Of a stretch of DNA of 64,000 nt, positions 63,476 through 64,000 are shown in pieces (the stretch's first letter is position 1; every line of letters begins with the position of its first letter). Position numbers and translations under genes: made by a program. The stretch covers positions 17,546,001 through 17,610,000 of the forward strand of contig NC_043005.1 in assembly GCF_006345805.1 (NCBI RefSeq). The letters are read 5' to 3'. Source of the DNA: Octopus sinensis. Taxonomy: Eukaryota. The notes beneath the pieces were generated by a model. That model did not search any database, had not been told where the DNA came from, and worked only from the letters and a program-made list of their open reading frames with translations.

Positions 63476-64000
63476 TAAGTTTTCATCTTTTGTCATTACT
63501 GCATTCAGTATTCTGAATTTTTCAAGCTACTGACATTCTGATTTTTCCCTAATTTAAAATTTGCCATTCTTGAGTTCAACCTGCAATCTTCTCAGAAACT
63601 GGAGGTTGTTACTCATAAACACTAAGCATTAACAGTTCATTACTTTTTCATTATTATCTATTTGCTACACTATGCTTTTAGCCTTTTAGTACCCAGATTA
63701 TTCAATCAAATGTAATATTTATTCAATATTGTTTTGAATTTACCCTGCATTATCTCATAACACTGAGATTTCAATTATGTAGCTGTATATTTTTTAGACT
63801 AAGAATGTAGGGTATGTGTGAGAGGCAGGATCTGGCTAGTCTGAACAATAAAACAGGTAGAGTATTTTGACCAGATATGGTTGGTTCAAATGCTAAAGGC
63901 TTAAATTTTTGGTAGGAAAAGCTTACCGAGAGCACTGCTCAATGTAATATGTCATAAATTTGCTTAGGATTCTGAACTCAAGCACTTTATCAGAGAATTT

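Overview
AT-rich eukaryotic genomic DNA, not prokaryotic: no operons and no CRISPR. The tRNA-derived SINE families, RTE tails and very dense (TA)n/(CA)n/(TACA)n microsatellites point to an octopus-type coleoid cephalopod (inference). The only clearly recognisable host coding sequence is the start-codon exon of a Rab5-group small GTPase on the minus strand (CDS 1360-1201). Its remaining exons lie left of the window. Its probable non-coding first exon and promoter lie in a CpG-rich island at about 35.2-36.3 kb, so most of the left half would be one ~34-kb intron. The rest is a layered transposon landscape: SINEs, RTE/CR1/R4-like LINE fragments, mariner and maT fossils, Tc1/piggyBac/hAT MITEs, Helitrons, a HINE and Penelope-like remnants. 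Nearly all listed ORFs are microsatellite or repeat artefacts. Most notable signals: (1) at least six hammerhead-ribozyme folds in short (TA)n-embedded elements, one with a tRNA-like Pol III head; (2) an 18S rRNA fragment fused to a SINE inside a target-site duplication; (3) a 293-bp, 98.6%-identical fold-back whose four mismatches would all be A-C in the Rab pre-mRNA; (4) several local duplications next to Penelope-like elements; (5) a SINE-free 6-kb zone near the right end. All alignments and folds were done by eye and repeat boundaries are approximate.
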